63,774 nucleotides of DNA, filler included, from Choristocarpus tenellus KU-1152 (GCA_964200185.2; 14 parts of 14 records of this genome joined end to end with filler, not necessarily neighbours in it), one strand, 5' to 3'. Counted from the first letter of the whole stretch, positions 36,381-50,379 are shown. Program-made: numbers and translations. The notes: generated from the letters alone by a model not told the origin.

Positions 36381-39300
36381 TTTATGTTTATCGTCTATCA
36401 CTATGACGTTCAACGAACACTTCCCCCTCTTCTCTCTTATCCTCATCCGATTCCCTTTGTTCGTAACTGAAAAGCATTCCTCTAGACACTGAGTTCTACA
36501 AGGTTTTGGCACCCATGTCGCACCTGCTGCACAATCCATTGTTGACATTGATGTTGACTATTCACGTATACATGGCCAAGGACTGTTGCTCGTAAATGCT
36601 CCTCGTAACATAAGCATCCATCCACACACAGAGATATTCTCCTTCATAGCGCTTAACGTTGAGAATCCTTTCATTGAGGGGAACTACGACTGCATGTTCC
36701 ACATGTGTACAAGGATGGGGAGAGTGTTGTGAGCTTTGGTTCTGGATTTTTAATCAATTGCGCGTTGAGTTCAGACTTGAAACTACCATTTCACACAGCA
36801 TGTGACGTATGTTTTGTTTTAATAATTCAATTGTACCAAATTGTTACTTGGGCATAACAGAAACTCCTCCACCCTTGGGACCAGAGGACAAGCAATACTG
36901 CAATGTAATGTCTAGTTTTGCGACAGGGTCATGGCCAAGGTTCACTTATATGATATACATCACCAGGAGATTGTGACTTGACTGTTGATACGCTGACAAC
37001 TTCTACTGTGCATCATTTCATTGCGGGGTGTATGTTGTAGTAGGGGGGACAGAGAACATTGGAGGGGGGNNNNNNNNNNNNNNNNNNNNNNNNNNNNNNN
37101 NNNNNNNNNNNNNTTAATTAATTAANNNNNNNNNNNNNNNNNNNNNNNNNNNNNNNNNNNNNNNNNNNNCCAGTCAATTTTGGGTCAAGCTCATCCTCAA
37201 TGAAAAGCTCCATCCTCAATTTTTGAAATCTGCTGTTAACTGTAAATTTTAGCAGACCACGACAAAGCATATTTGCACCTAATAAAAATGGCTGTGTACT
37301 ACTTGGTTCAGGTTATCACAGAGTGACGTCCTCCCCCCTCACAAATAAATGCTTATAATGCTTCACACTATTACATATCATTAAATTGATTTAGAAAAAA
37401 GAGTGATAGTACGAATTACTATAAGGTTGAAAGGGTTGGGAATAGTACACCTTGCATTGGTTCAATGCAATTTACAGTAGTTGTTACTTTTATCGTGTTC
37501 CCTACCATTGAAACCTTGGCACACCAACATTTATTTATCATCAACTGTGATGAGCTCTGCGTAAGTATCCCCCAAGTTTTACTATCTTCTGATTCTAAAG
37601 GAGCAATGAACACAACAAAACACAACCCTTTGGAGGGCTGCCAATACCCAAACATCAAGGATAGAAGGGAGAACACCTAGCTGGAGAAATGTTTGATCTT
37701 ACATTTGCATGTGTCACCTGTCCTTAAAGGCCTGTTGAGTACAATATGTGGTAACCGCCAAAGGTAGAACAGCTGGACAAACAGCCAAACCAATTGAGAG
37801 GGTAAGCAGGGTTGCATTTTTAGGATGTCGAGAAAGGGCAAAAGGTGCCATTTTGTAAAGTTGAAGAAAAAACCTTTCCTGAATTGCGGTGTCACTTTGT
37901 GTGTGGAAAGGGGGAAAATAAGTTTTGCGAACACTAAGCAATGAAACAGAGTGTATTATGCAGGGTAGGAAAAGACTGCTTAGAATGCAAAAAGGGGTCC
38001 AAACCTGGCTAGGCTACCTCTCGATTGGTTTGGGTCGAAGGCAACACCACAACTTTGATGAGAGGTTGCAACCTACGAGTGATGCTGGAGGGGAAAAAAT
38101 AGCACTGCATGGAATAGTATATTATTATTGTAGAATCTCTTGCAGCATCCTTACACGCTGTTAATGGAAAGTCCTATTGACATACTATAGACATCACTGG
38201 AGGAATGGTTTAGGAAAGTTATAGCCAGTTATGTGTTTCCAACTGTTTCCAGTTTTGATCTACCTCCAGTTCATATATTATAGGGACCTGAGAATAGACT
38301 ATCCGTTGTTGGATCAATCATATTGGTATTTGCTATCCAGTAATTGTATTCTTTTTTGCTATCTATGTCGATATTGCAAATCCCACATTATTGTAGTATG
38401 CACAATCTCAGCCCATGAGTTCAGTCAGTGGAACAGAGGTCATAAGCCCTTGGTAATATTAACATTTTATATTCACATCAGCAAGGATTGTCCTCAACCA
38501 AGGCACACAATTGATCATATTAACTGTGGGTCCAGTATGGAGTACTTGACACGCTATAAGTGTGCCCAATATTCCTGGGATGTTGTACTGAGTGACAAGG
38601 TGGGTGTTAAAAAGTACAGGCGTATACTTGTTACAGGCGCTCCTTAGAACTCACCTCCACAGGATGTACAACTCAAATCCAACGACCTTATAACAACGCT
38701 ATGGGGGCGTTGCCCTTTACAACAGTTTATAGGGTGTCAGGTGTCCTTCTCTTCTTGATATTCCACTCAGAGCTTAGCTCAAAGCTCGACTCAAAGTTTC
38801 ATTCAAGATAAAAGGTAAGGACTTGGTCATAAGTGGGGTCAAGCTGTTTTACCAAAAGCCCTCTTATTATTTTCATCGTCCACCCAATTTCTTTGGTCGC
38901 CTATCAACTGCTCTATAGGTACTCCAACCATAAACCTTTATTCTTCAACTTCTTAGTGACTTTGACATTTTCTTCTGTAATGTTACGTAGGTATTCCGAA
39001 TCTTACTCTGCATCTTCTACGAAATCATCATTTATTCTGGAAGGCTACCTATGTGTTACTAATATCGTATATAGTTCGTACTTGTTAGAACGCGAGAAAC
39101 AATCCTCACACTATACGTCTGTCACAAATGTTCGTATTTCCTAAAACACGAGGAGAAAATGCTCGCACTTCATTGGAACACAAGAAGAAACGCTCGCGCT
39201 ATTCGCCTGTAACATACTATATGCCCACCAGCACCACTAAGGTCACTAACCTCCCCACGTTTGATGGAAATAAGGGTGATGATATTTCGTAGGTATAACC

Positions 39301-40229
39301 GTCCACGATCAGGTCACCCCAACTGTTTGCTTCTGTGACCTTGCTCTACGTGACCTCGACATAATCTGTGGAGGCTCGGTTTGAACTTGGAGTCAAAGCA
39401 GGCACCTGGACTGAAAAATCCAACTGCACCCCAAGTTCAATGGATAGTGTACAACAAGTGCTCCAGCAGTTACGGTAACATTAGGAGACAGTGTAGCAGC
39501 TGCATCAGCACCCAACATCTCCAATCGTAGACATGGGTGACCAAGACGGAACGATCATTCCCTTGTTACAGGGAGGGTGAGTAGTAAAGCTGGGAGGGGC
39601 GATGAAAGGGTGGCATTGTTTGTTATATTTGTGGAAAAGATAGCCATACGAAAAACGACTGCCCGAACCTTGGTCAAAGCACACCAGTGCTGGGACTAAA
39701 TGCATAGGACTCAACGTCACAATGGTTGGTGGGGCAGGTGTACAAGGATGAGCAATGATGAGAATAAGTGCACCTCTAGCGTCGAATAACCTAGTTATCC
39801 TTACGTTGTATGTGCTGATACAAGTATATAGTATTTTATTTATTTTGCAGTCTGACATTTTTGGAGATGTGCCAGGGAAATAACTAATGAAGACTATTCG
39901 CATGTCTGAAAAATCCCTAAAGAAGTAACAGTCGTTCCAAAAGTGAAAAATGTTAATCTATTTCCTATTTTACAACCACACATCTATGTTGTACTACTAA
40001 CTTCCTATGTCCCAGACCTATTTCTGGACTATAGGGTGAGGAGGTGGGAAGTATAAATATAAAACATAGTTTCATGTACATTTATGTTTAGTTCAATACA
40101 ACGAAAAGTAGTCACGTGCATAGCGGTATGATGGGTTAGTCTGTCCTCGTACATATATACTTGATGTGACGGACAAACAGGTGGCCTGACTCCTCAAGTC
40201 CTGATCCCTCTACCCTACTGCTGCCTAGA

Positions 40230-40856
40230 CTATCTGGCGAGGGTCACTCCCCCCCTCCTGGCATGCTCCACCATGGAGAAAGCAGATAACACCTCATTAT
40301 GGAGACTAGAGAAGACAATGGAGGTTGCAGACTCAATAGAGGCGACGGTTTTCTTTGAGGGAGGGTGTAACAATGAGTCTCTCCGCCTAGAGACCCACCA
40401 ACACACGGCTTTCGTAGCATCACTGGGAACTACTTTCCCCACCCTCCTAGCAAGGCAGCAAGGGCCTCATGGCGAGTCCTTCTCACAAGCTGTTTGCACG
40501 AGGGCCCACAGTACAGGCTTTAGGACCGTCCATTCACACCCTCCTTTCTACAGGTATCCCCTTAGAAGACCTTGTAGAAATCATTGGCCAAGATTGGGTA
40601 ACCTGGGGGGGAACAGCATCCCCTGCACCTACCCCAGAGGTCCACATCCTGGCAACCCATGATGTCAGGATCACAAGGAGGGCTCAACATGAGATCACAC
40701 GCCTCCTGAACAGGATCTGTTTCTATTCCTTCTGGACACGATTAGCCGGCCTACCTAATGAAGTGCACCAGGGAAAGGAGAGCTCCATATTAGCTCTAGC
40801 ATGCCACCAGAGCCAGTGTGGACAAGGGGCAAACGCATGGGCCTCAACCCCTGGAA
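40230..40856 (+). mobile_element. CRE-like non-LTR retrotransposon fragment (post-RT region), frameshifted
   Basis: HTAFVASL...RAQHEITRLL...LACHQSQCGQGANAW resembles the CRE RLRSQSG.GA.AW region. Cut at 40857 by a family-C end. Confidence 0.55.
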
Positions 40857-40915
40857 ACAGCCGATCATCAAAATTGAGGATGGAGCATTTTATTGAGGAT
40901 GAGCGAGACGCGGAT
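40857..40915 (+). mobile_element. DNA transposon end, family C
   Basis: AACAG(C/T)GGATTTTCAAAATTGAGGATGGAGC consensus. Reverse copies at 3430-3463, 37185-37238 and 47598-47647. Confidence 0.6.
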
Positions 40916-42312
40916 TGGTGTGCGGAAAGTGCACATATCTTTTTTTTTTAATGTTGCGGCACTTTTGAAAGGCTCCGCTATGAATGGGAATCCATCCCGA
41001 CGAAGTTGGTAGTAGGACAGTTTGTGGGGGGCGGCAACGATTTTGTTGGATCGTCATGTACATGTATTGCCCTGCATTGGCTTGCTTGCTTGAATAATTA
41101 GTGTGGTCGGTGGAGTCGTTTGACTGTTGATGGTGGCGGTGGTAGAAAATGATAGGTACTTCGAAGTAGTTTTTTCGGGGCGATGTCTCATTGTCATTAT
41201 GGATGGCTGACTGACTGAGAAGAAGTGTTATTTTCCCACATTATTAATTTGTTTATTTTTTATTGCTATTGCCGCNNNNNNNNNNNNNNNNNNNNNNNNN
41301 NNNNNNNNNNNNNNNNNNNTTAATTAATTAANNNNNNNNNNNNNNNNNNNNNNNNNNNNNNNNNNNNNNNNNNNNGGGATCCGTTGATGCTGTAACGTGA
41401 CAGAATGGGGGTGGGGGGGGGGGGGGTGTATGCGTGGCACGCATACCAATTGTTGTTTAATTTTTTTGTGTGCATAATGGGATGATCACCTTGGACACGC
41501 TATATATATATTTTTTATATTAGTGTGTTTGTCTAACCTAACCCACTGTACTGCTTGGTTTGTGGTACACCTGGAGATATCGGCACGGAGTGTTGTCACT
41601 TTATGCTTGGAAATAATAATAATAATAATAATAATAAAATTTGTGTCGTGTCTGACTCTGAATCGTGTGTGAGTACGTCATGATGAGTGAATTTGGGGTG
41701 TTGGGAATTTGATGTTGGTGGCAGTTTGAGCATGAGGAGATGCTGTGGTGATTGATGTCTTCCTTTGAGTGGGGTGTTGAGGGTGGCATTTGATCACCAG
41801 CTGATGTGACGCAGATAGCTCTGAGTTCTGTCAAGCGGGAGAGGAGAGCCTTTGAAGTCGTTATGAATACAAAAATAAGTTTATGGTGTCCTCTTTTTTT
41901 TTTTTGTTCTGATATTTTGCATCGAAGAACAGGGGCACGGAACGATACGTAAAAAAAAATAAAATATTTATGGTGTGCGATCTGTAACACTCTATTGATG
42001 GCAAGAATGTGATGTGATGGAGTGGTACTAGTAGGCACAGAGTTTAATTCAATCTTTGCGTGGCATGGGCCCTAACCCTAACCCCCTGACCCAATGGTGC
42101 CAATCTTTGATGTGCAGTTAACGCACTAGGAATGTGAAATCATCTGCCTGTGCCCCTCTGAAAAACTGTATTTTCAAATAAAAAATAGAAAAATTCTTGA
42201 CGGTTAAGTAAGCAGGGGCTGATTTTGGTTGTGCAATAAGACTATTGTTGGCAGTATATGAGGTATACCTTACGCCGTCAGGGGATGACTTCTTATTTCT
42301 GTCTTTTGTACT

Positions 42313-42350
<38 letters not shown>

Positions 42351-43047
42351 CCCCCCCCCCCTTTTCTCTCTCTCTAACCACCTCATTTTTTTTTCTTATT
42401 TATAGGTGCAACAGAAAAGAAATTGTGACGATAACGGAGGGGTGATATGAGACGCATCATTTGCAATATTAGCAATCTCTTGAGAGTGTGGGTTTGTCGA
42501 GTTCGTTGTTCTACTGTTCTCTTTTTAAAATTTATTTATTTTTTTAAATTTTGTCCTCTATATTTTTAGTCGCGATATATCATTGGTCTAGTCTCCAGCC
42601 TCGTGCGGAAGGTGCGTTGTGATTGACCGTTTGTTTTGTGTGTTGCCAACAAGTTGAAGCGTGCCTTGCGGGCAGGGTGCAAAGGCGTGTAAGACATGAA
42701 ATCAGTTTTTATTTTTTCTTGTGATTTTTTTTTTTTTTCGATGATACCTGTACACATTCAATATGTGACACAACCCTGCTTCGTGTGGTGATGTCAACAC
42801 ACTGTGGTGTACAGTGGCAGGGACAATGCACTATGATGTAAACTTTCACTCTCTAAGAATTAAACATCTTTTAATCCCCAGATCTACGTGTACTATCGAT
42901 TGCGAGTGCTACAGAGGGCCACAGGGCATTGATGGCTAAATCCACTACTGTTGTGTGATCCACAAACTAGCAGAACGGGATTCCCAACCTGTCAATCCCC
43001 TTGCCGTCTTTTGCACCCCCTCCTTCCTTCTGCCTCTCTCCCTGAAG

Positions 43048-43152
43048 AGTGGAGCAGAGCTTGAGGGACAGGAGGCATCTGCAGTGGAGGGTGCAGGGGA
43101 AGATATCATGCGCCAGATGATGGGAGAGTTTGAAAAGTTGGGTGAGAAGGAG
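43048..43152 (+). CDS. PEX19: Peroxin-19 internal exon
   Basis: Pyrimidine tract aag|SGAELEGQEASAVEGAGEDIMRQMMGEFEKLGEKE|GTGAGC. GED.M..MM.EFE.LG.KE precedes the Pex19 C-terminal domain. Confidence 0.65.
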
Positions 43153-43515
43153 GTGAGCTAGGGTGGGAGTAGGGCTCTGTTGCTGGGGATTTTTTCTGGA
43201 TCAGTGTTTGACACGGAGTAGATTGAGTTTGATTTTCTGTCAGTGCTTGGTCCAGGTCCAGGACTGAGGTTCAGTACTGTAGTAGGTACTGAAGCAATGG
43301 TCTGTAAGGGGTGTAGGGAGTAGGTATTTCCTCTTGCCTTCAGAATGGGTTTTTAAAAAGTGTGCTGAAGTAGTACACCTCATGTCCTATGATGATCGTC
43401 TCCTACAATTGTAGATATCTAGGATTGTTGAAGAGATTCACTCTCAGATTCACTCTCAGATTCGTTAGTATATATTTTTTTGTTAACCTTGGCTGTAACT
43501 GTCACAAGAAGTGTA

Positions 43516-43685
43516 AGTGTGTGGATAGTTGTAACTATTGTTGGACCCCCACCCCTCTTCAACCCCAAAAATAATAATAATAACATCAATATTAACAATA
43601 AGTGTGTGGATAGTTGTAACTATTGTTGGACCCCCACCCCTCTTCAACCCCAAAAATAATAATAATAACATCAATATTAACAATA
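43516..43685. repeat. Exact 85-bp tandem duplication
   Basis: Units start at 43516 and 43601. Confidence 0.9.
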
Positions 43686-44014
43686 ATTGTAATAGTTATG
43701 ACCTTGGAAATGTTGGGAGGGGGGGGGGGACAGGTTCATTACAAGAACCTGTACATTTGATTTTGTTCCCTTAGTAATTGTACTATGTAGTGTGGTCGAG
43801 GATGTTGTCGTAGGCATGGTTGATGGGGTTGGATACTGAACAATAGAATCAGGGTCATGACAAAACTGACCTACTGCTTGTAGACGGTGTTTTTTAACTT
43901 GACCATTCCAACTCCTTCTACCCTACCTTTTTTTTTGAACATCACATAAATAATAAGTAAAATATAATATGTACATACATGCTGCTTATCTTGATGTTGC
44001 TCAAGGCTCGTAGG

Positions 44015-44057
<43 letters not shown>

Positions 44058-44293
44058 ACGCCACGCCCGCGCCAGTAACGACCGCGCCGCCCCCCCCATA
44101 CACCCCCCCTCCGCNNNNNNNNNNNNNNNNNNNNNNNNNNNNNNNNNNNNNNNNNNNNTTAATTAATTAANNNNNNNNNNNNNNNNNNNNNNNNNNNNNN
44201 NNNNNNNNNNNNNNGCCCAAAGGTACAAGGAGTCAGCAGGGGCTAGCTCCCCAGCCTGCTACCAAGTTCTGGCAAGGCACTGGTGATGGGACT

Positions 44294-47160
44294 ATGAGTG
44301 GTAGGGCAGTGAGGGTCGATGAGATGGTTCCTGGTCATGTGGATAATGAGATGTCTCTGCTGTCACCAAGCCCGTATCCCAACATTAGCTCTTATGCAGG
44401 CCATACTGGTATGCGCAAAATCCAAGGCACTCATGAGGATGTATGCCTATACACGGAAGGGTTGGATGTGGAAAGGTTGAGCTGCCATGATACAGCAAAT
44501 GCAACACCAGCGGGGGTTAACGTGCATGGGAAGATGCGTTTCAGTATGAAGACCCTGATGGACCCAGGGTCAGGGATCACAGGCATATCTGAGAGCCTAA
44601 GTGAAAAAAATGTAGCGGCATTTTGGTGGAGCAGCGCGGACGAAGCCTCTCCACCAGCCCTTCTCGGTGAAGATATCAAATGGCTTCCCTGAGACCATCG
44701 GGAACGTGCATATGTCCTTTAAATATGGCTCTCCACTCGGACTATAGACCCTTGGGGCTGAGAAATATTGTCTTGGCGGTTATACAAGGCAATAATGAGG
44801 TGTAAATTGTGGGCAGCAAGACATTGTGGGACGTGTTAGGTTTTGACACGAAGCAATCCTTCAAGGAGGTGGCTTGAAGGAAAACAGAACTGCACATCAC
44901 AGGTCTGGAACAAGATAATACTTCTACGTGGTGTGTGTGTTTTTTTGTGGATGGAGGTGTTGCCGGAGAGGATGGGGATTGCTCGTCTGGACAAAGGCAA
45001 TGACTCCGTCTCTATACTACTGGAACCAGGCCCTGAGCTCATCATGGACTCTGCGGAGGAGGAAAAAAAAACTCCTTACAAGAGGCACAAAGGGCTGGGA
45101 TGCTCTTAGGTGCCTGGGGGCGCCTACGTCATGTGATAGCAACCTGGACCAATGTGTTCCGGGGATCCTTCGGGTGTGACCTGCCTGCCAAGGTGGAGCC
45201 CATGTGAATGATATTGAAGGAAGAGGCGACTCCTGTGACGACCAGACCCAAGGCATAGCATCCGGAGCATCAGAGCTGGATAGCAGGATTCATGGGCCTG
45301 CTGGTCGTATTGGGGATACTGAGGCGGATCCCACAGGATGTATGGAACAGTCCATCATTGCCCAAGCCTGAGGGGTGGGGACTACCGGCTGCTGATGAGT
45401 TTCAGTGTGGTGAACATGGTTTCATAGGCAGTGGAACTCTCGCACCCCAGGGAGGAGTATGCTGTGCTGATGTCTCCAGACGCCTCTGACAAGCACTGGG
45501 GGCGTCTTGTTACACAGGTCCCTCAGGTGGAGCTGAATGGAAGTGTGGCAGTGGAAAATATGAGCCATGAGCCGCTGGGATTCCTGAGTGGTTCTTTCTG
45601 GGTGTCACAGATACGTTGGGTCACGGTGAATAAGGTGGCGTTCACCATTGTGGGGACTTATTTACGCCTGGAGTGGGTGCTCTGGTAGGTGGCCCACATC
45701 TTTTGTAACCAAATTGAAATCTTGCATATATCGTTCACCCATCCCTGTGTGTCATAGATCTGTCCAAGGCCCCTGTTCAACGTCTTCCGCATTGGGCCAC
45801 ACGTTCCTGGGACAGTACAACTACACCACCCAGCACATCACTGGAGAGCGTAACACTACTGGGGGGACTTGTTGTCCAGGTGGGCTGATGTCCCTGCAGT
45901 GGCAGTGCGAGCCATAGCCATGTCTACGGAGGTGTAGGGAGAGGACACGCTGCCATGGAGAGTGGTGGTACATGAGGCACAACTAGCAGCCAGCAAGGCC
46001 CTAGGGGGTGTGACGGTGCATGCAAGAGGAGGATTTATGACCTATTCTGGCCGTGTACATCACGATCAGGATGGCATGATGAGGGTGAATGCTGAGGTTA
46101 CAGCCCTGCTGGGGATACCTGATGAGGCAAAGGATCTGCAGACACGCTTGATGGTGTGTGCACACATGAGAAAAGCTGGGCATCCTGGCAGGGAAGCAAA
46201 AGTGCAGCGGCTGAAGGGATACTATGTTTGGTCTACAATGGAGGCGGACGTGGCGGAGGTAGTGCAGGACTGCTTGAACTGCTTGAATTTCCAGGCTGGT
46301 GAGCGTGTACCTGGACCCTACGGGGATACCGTGCAAGGCACAGCGGTGGGGCAGGTGCTTCACTTTTACTTTCCACACGTAGGTGAAAGCGGGCCATTCG
46401 AGGGTGATGATCTGGGCAAGAGTAAAGGTTACAAGTACATTGTGGTCATGGTGGACAACTTGAGCAGTTTCACATGGCTAGAACCAGCCAAGACCTGCAA
46501 TGCCGTGATTGCAACACGGCATTTGCACAGATGGTGTACAACAATGGGGGTGCCGGAGGTTTGGGTGGGCGATACAGCAGACCACTTCAAGAACCAGGTA
46601 CTGATGCGGATGTAGGAGCTGTCTGGGGTGGATCACCACTTCGCAATAGCCAACTCCCCCTGGACTAATGCGACAAGGGAGCAAATAATGCGTGAGGTGA
46701 TCAGGACGCTGAAGGCGATGCTAAGCAAGGGGCAAACTCCAACTGGTCAGTGGCTGGGTAAACTAATTGCCTGCTGTGCAGTGGGTGTTGAACACATGGT
46801 ATCGGGAACAGTACAACACTACACCATACCACATCATGTATTGACGAGGACCTTGTACTGATCTATCAACTGTGAGCAATTCGCAGGAGGGGATATGGTC
46901 TCCTGTACCATTGAGGAAAGAGCAGATGCAGGCCTTAACTGGGGAGCTATAGGTTGCCCAGGAACAACTGCACAAGAGGGTTCTGGGGCGGGTCCAGCAT
47001 AATCGCACACGGCAATGCAGGGCGGCCAGTCAGGGTGTATTGCCAAACTTCACCGTAGGGGACGATGTGATGGCAACACGAGTACGTAAGCAGGAAAGCA
47101 CACCCAAGCTGGTAAGCACATGGACTGCGGCATGGCGTATGGTGGCCGCGGAACAACCAT
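44294..47160 (+). mobile_element. Ty3/Gypsy LTR retrotransposon pol, degenerate (PR, RT start, RNase H, IN)
   Basis: Protease LMDPGSGITGISE; WNSP; RNase H SPDASDKHWG...PLGFLSGSF; integrase AHMRKAGH...CLNC, YIVVMVDNLSSF, WVGDTADHFKN and SPWTNATRE. Domain order PR-RT-RH-IN. Confidence 0.92.
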
Positions 47161-48269
47161 GTTAAGAATATGCTTTTTTGTTCATGTGTAAAAGATTATT
47201 CTGTGGGAGAAACAGCGAGTTGTTGAACTATTGTTGGATAACGGGATAATTGATAGTAATTTTTTTTATCAGGTGACTATGAAAATATTGTCTGAGGTAT
47301 TATAGTACAACAAGAAGAATCCTAGAAAAGGAATGTTGTAGCAAGTAACATAGAAAGTAACATGGATTGAGTGACGTGTTATTAGAATATGAATCGTAAG
47401 GTGATGGCCCCCTTTGAGCTTTGAAGTCTACTCTCCTTCCTTACACCTTCNNNNNNNNNNNNNNNNNNNNNNNNNNNNNNNNNNNNNNNNNNNNTTAATT
47501 AATTAANNNNNNNNNNNNNNNNNNNNNNNNNNNNNNNNNNNNNNNNNNNNGCAAAAAAAAATCTTTCGGTACTTTTTTAAGACAGTTTTCGCAAAACAAC
47601 CATCCTCATTGTCCCGCTCCTTCCTCAATTTTGAAAATCCACTGTTGTTGGTGTGCTGATTGTCACTCTGTGTGGTTATCTCGACATTGAAGCCTCCAGC
47701 AGTTGATAGAAACGACGTTGGTCCCACACTGAATAAGGTTTCTCATCTTCGTAGGAATCAAGAAACTCTTGCAAGATAGACCTTGCAAGATAGACACCGC
47801 AACTCCTTCGAGTTGTTTGCAAAACTTGAACCCCTTTGTAAGAGTGGCATTTTGAAGTTGTTTGGATACCCTTTCCTTCCTGTTCCTCCCAGGGTTCCAG
47901 GAAGTTTTAGAACCCACTCAGAAAAAAAAATGTGCGAAGGCGGCAAAATGCCAATAGTGTTATAGTAATGTTGCCATACAACAGATTGGTGTTTGTAATT
48001 TTATATGTTAGGTCATTTGTACTTCATATATCTCCAGTAGATTAAAGTCGATTGAGTAAAGGAGTGTTCTGTCTATATTAGTTTTATAAGCAGTGAAAAA
48101 CACAGAAATATTCCGGTTTCTGCGAAGTATTAATAGGTATGTAGTATGTAGACCAGCATGGCGCAATAAATTTGTCTTTTTCGGTATTATTAACAAGATA
48201 TATACCGTCAACAGTTTTTTTCCTCTATAATCCAATATTGCATAACCCTAACCCTAACGCATTATTATT

Positions 48270-48450
48270 ATGCCATCTGAAGGGGGTCTATAATATGAGG
48301 GTGTCCATTTGGGTCAAAATCAGGAAAAGTGCATTTACATTATCCATCTAACGTATGCAACCAAATCACCTAAAAATCGCGAGATGAAAAATGGAGTCCA
48401 AAATGGACGCCCAGCACCCCCCCTCGCCCAGCACCCCCAGTTACTTTGTT
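48270..48450. mobile_element. MITE family B, diverged
   Basis: GGGTGTCCATTTGGG...AAAAATCGCGAGATGAAAAATGG...CCCCAGTTACTTTG. Confidence 0.75.
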
Positions 48451-49244
48451 ATTCCTGACTTTCCTGGCTTACTAAGAAACTGATGGTAATTCTTACATCT
48501 GCAAAATGCTAGAGGGCAAAATAATATAGATTAATTCTTATGGATATCGAACTGGGTTTTCCCCTAATAATACATACAATTCAATGACACAGGTTTGAAA
48601 ATGTTCACATTGAAAAAATAAAATTATTGTTTTCTATGTATATTTATAGATATGTGGTAGTGTGTACATGTTCCACTAAATCAAGGTAATCAATCAACAT
48701 TTGGTGTAGAAACATAGTATATCCAATATGCCATCCTGTCACATTATTGTTGTGAAGAGATGATATCATACATACTAGAGTTGATCTGAGATGGTTCAAC
48801 CTTATCTATATTTTAAGAATATAGTCAAATTCTAAGTTGGTTCCAGAATGATTCCCATTCTAAAGTATCGGATTTTTCACATCTCATCTGGGAACCTTAA
48901 GAACCTACCTGCCCTACTTGTCTGTTGAGTCCTTACAATTCTCCGCTATATTTTATGTATAATATCTGTTTTTTTTAGTATTATTATCGATTTTCAATAT
49001 TTGTTTTCCCATCAATTTCCGATGAAAAATTCGACAAGTTCATGAATTTTGTAAACAGGTTCCAACTGCCACAAAACATGCAACAACAAAGTTGTGGGTT
49101 TTGGAGATGACCAAATAGTGGAGTGTAACTCAGGGGATGAGAGTGCTTTGTCTTACAACGTGTGATCCCTGACTGGGTGGGGTGCATGGTGGTACATCTC
49201 ACCTTCACAAGTGCACTACTGTTAGTCGCTTTCAAGTCCAAGTG

Positions 49245-49919
49245 ATGTTCAGTGGAAGGGACCGAGAAGATTCCTTCCAAAGAAGTCTAGTCTCGAATCT
49301 CACGAAAGAGGGGCTGATGTCCCCTTTGTCTGATGCAGATCTCCCCATGGTGGACACCTCCACAGTCAAGGTCCCAACGTCGCCCTCGACAACAGCCCCT
49401 ACTATTCCAGCTTCGCCGGCAACGGTTGCCCCAACTTTCTCTGATGTGGATGCTGGCTCCTTCAATTCGGCATCTGGAAAAATCCAGACCACTCACAATG
49501 GTGACCTCCTAGTACCGTACTTCGACTTCAGAAGTGGGGCTGCCGCTCTGGTCGAAGACGAAGATGAATGCACTCTCTCGTCTGCCGTGGCCCCCGTCAC
49601 CACGGTCACTGTCAACACCAACGACAGCAGGAACAAGATAGAGTCGCCTGACTCGGAGACAGTTGTGTTAGAGGTCAAGCCTTACCCTGAGCGAGATGTG
49701 GCAATCACCAGAGGTGTGGCGGAAGGGCGTGGCAAACGGCCTCAAAATTCCCCTGCATCCCCCCGTGTTAAAGCTGTGACTACTATGGATCGCCCTCCAG
49801 CTTCCGAAGTCAACCCCTGGAATGAGCTAGATGATGATGCGTACCTCGTAGGGTACTCGCCTAAGGGGACCACAGTTTGTGGAGTATGCGGTCACAAGGT
49901 GGCCAAAGGAAAGCTTCAG
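49245..49919 (+). CDS. PARP-type zinc finger protein, exon 1
   Basis: Long S/T/P-rich frame ending YLVGYSPKGTTVCGVCGHKVAKGKLQ|GTAATT, phase 0. The start ATG at 49245 is tentative. Confidence 0.8.
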
Positions 49920-50175
49920 GTAATTCCCCCGCGTGAGAGTGGTAAGGGTGGGGAAGTGATTGATGGGGCATGTCACCTTGAACTGTATCCCATTGCTCGC
50001 TTGGTTAAGGTAGGTTATGGTAAAACTCGTAAGTACCGCGCTGTTGAATTATAAATTGCAGTCGTATACTATAGGACAGGTTGTCTCTATTCCCTATCTT
50101 ACCGAAAATGGGTCCAGAAAATTACCGTGCCCAACATGTCACTCAATCATTCCCCTTCTACCTTACCGGTTCCAG

Positions 50176-50379
50176 ATGGGAATTTTTTATGCACACAAGC
50201 ACAAGTTTACTCTTGTCAAGTGGCATCATCTCCATTGCATTCTGCCACCGACATGCTTCACTTGCCCCATGGATCTCTGCGGCTTCGAAGACATTCGAGG
50301 GGAGGATGTGGACACTGTTCAGCGATGGCTTGGATTCGAGTCTGACGGGGTTGCCAGGGATCGTGCCAATACCCTTTGA
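50176..50379 (+). CDS. PARP-type zinc finger protein, exon 2 (terminal)
   Basis: ccag|MGIFYAHKHKFTLVKWHHLHC...LCGFEDIRGEDVDTVQRWL...* completes CxxC...HxxC and the L.GF..L..ED motif of zf-PARP. Confidence 0.85.
   Translation: MGIFYAHKHKFTLVKWHHLHCILPPTCFTCPMDLCGFEDIRGEDVDTVQRWLGFESDGVARDRANTL

Noticed and set aside
4831-50379. Apparent DNA-repair cluster (RPAIN plus zf-PARP)
   Set aside because: The genes are on different contigs joined artificially, so there is no evidence of linkage.
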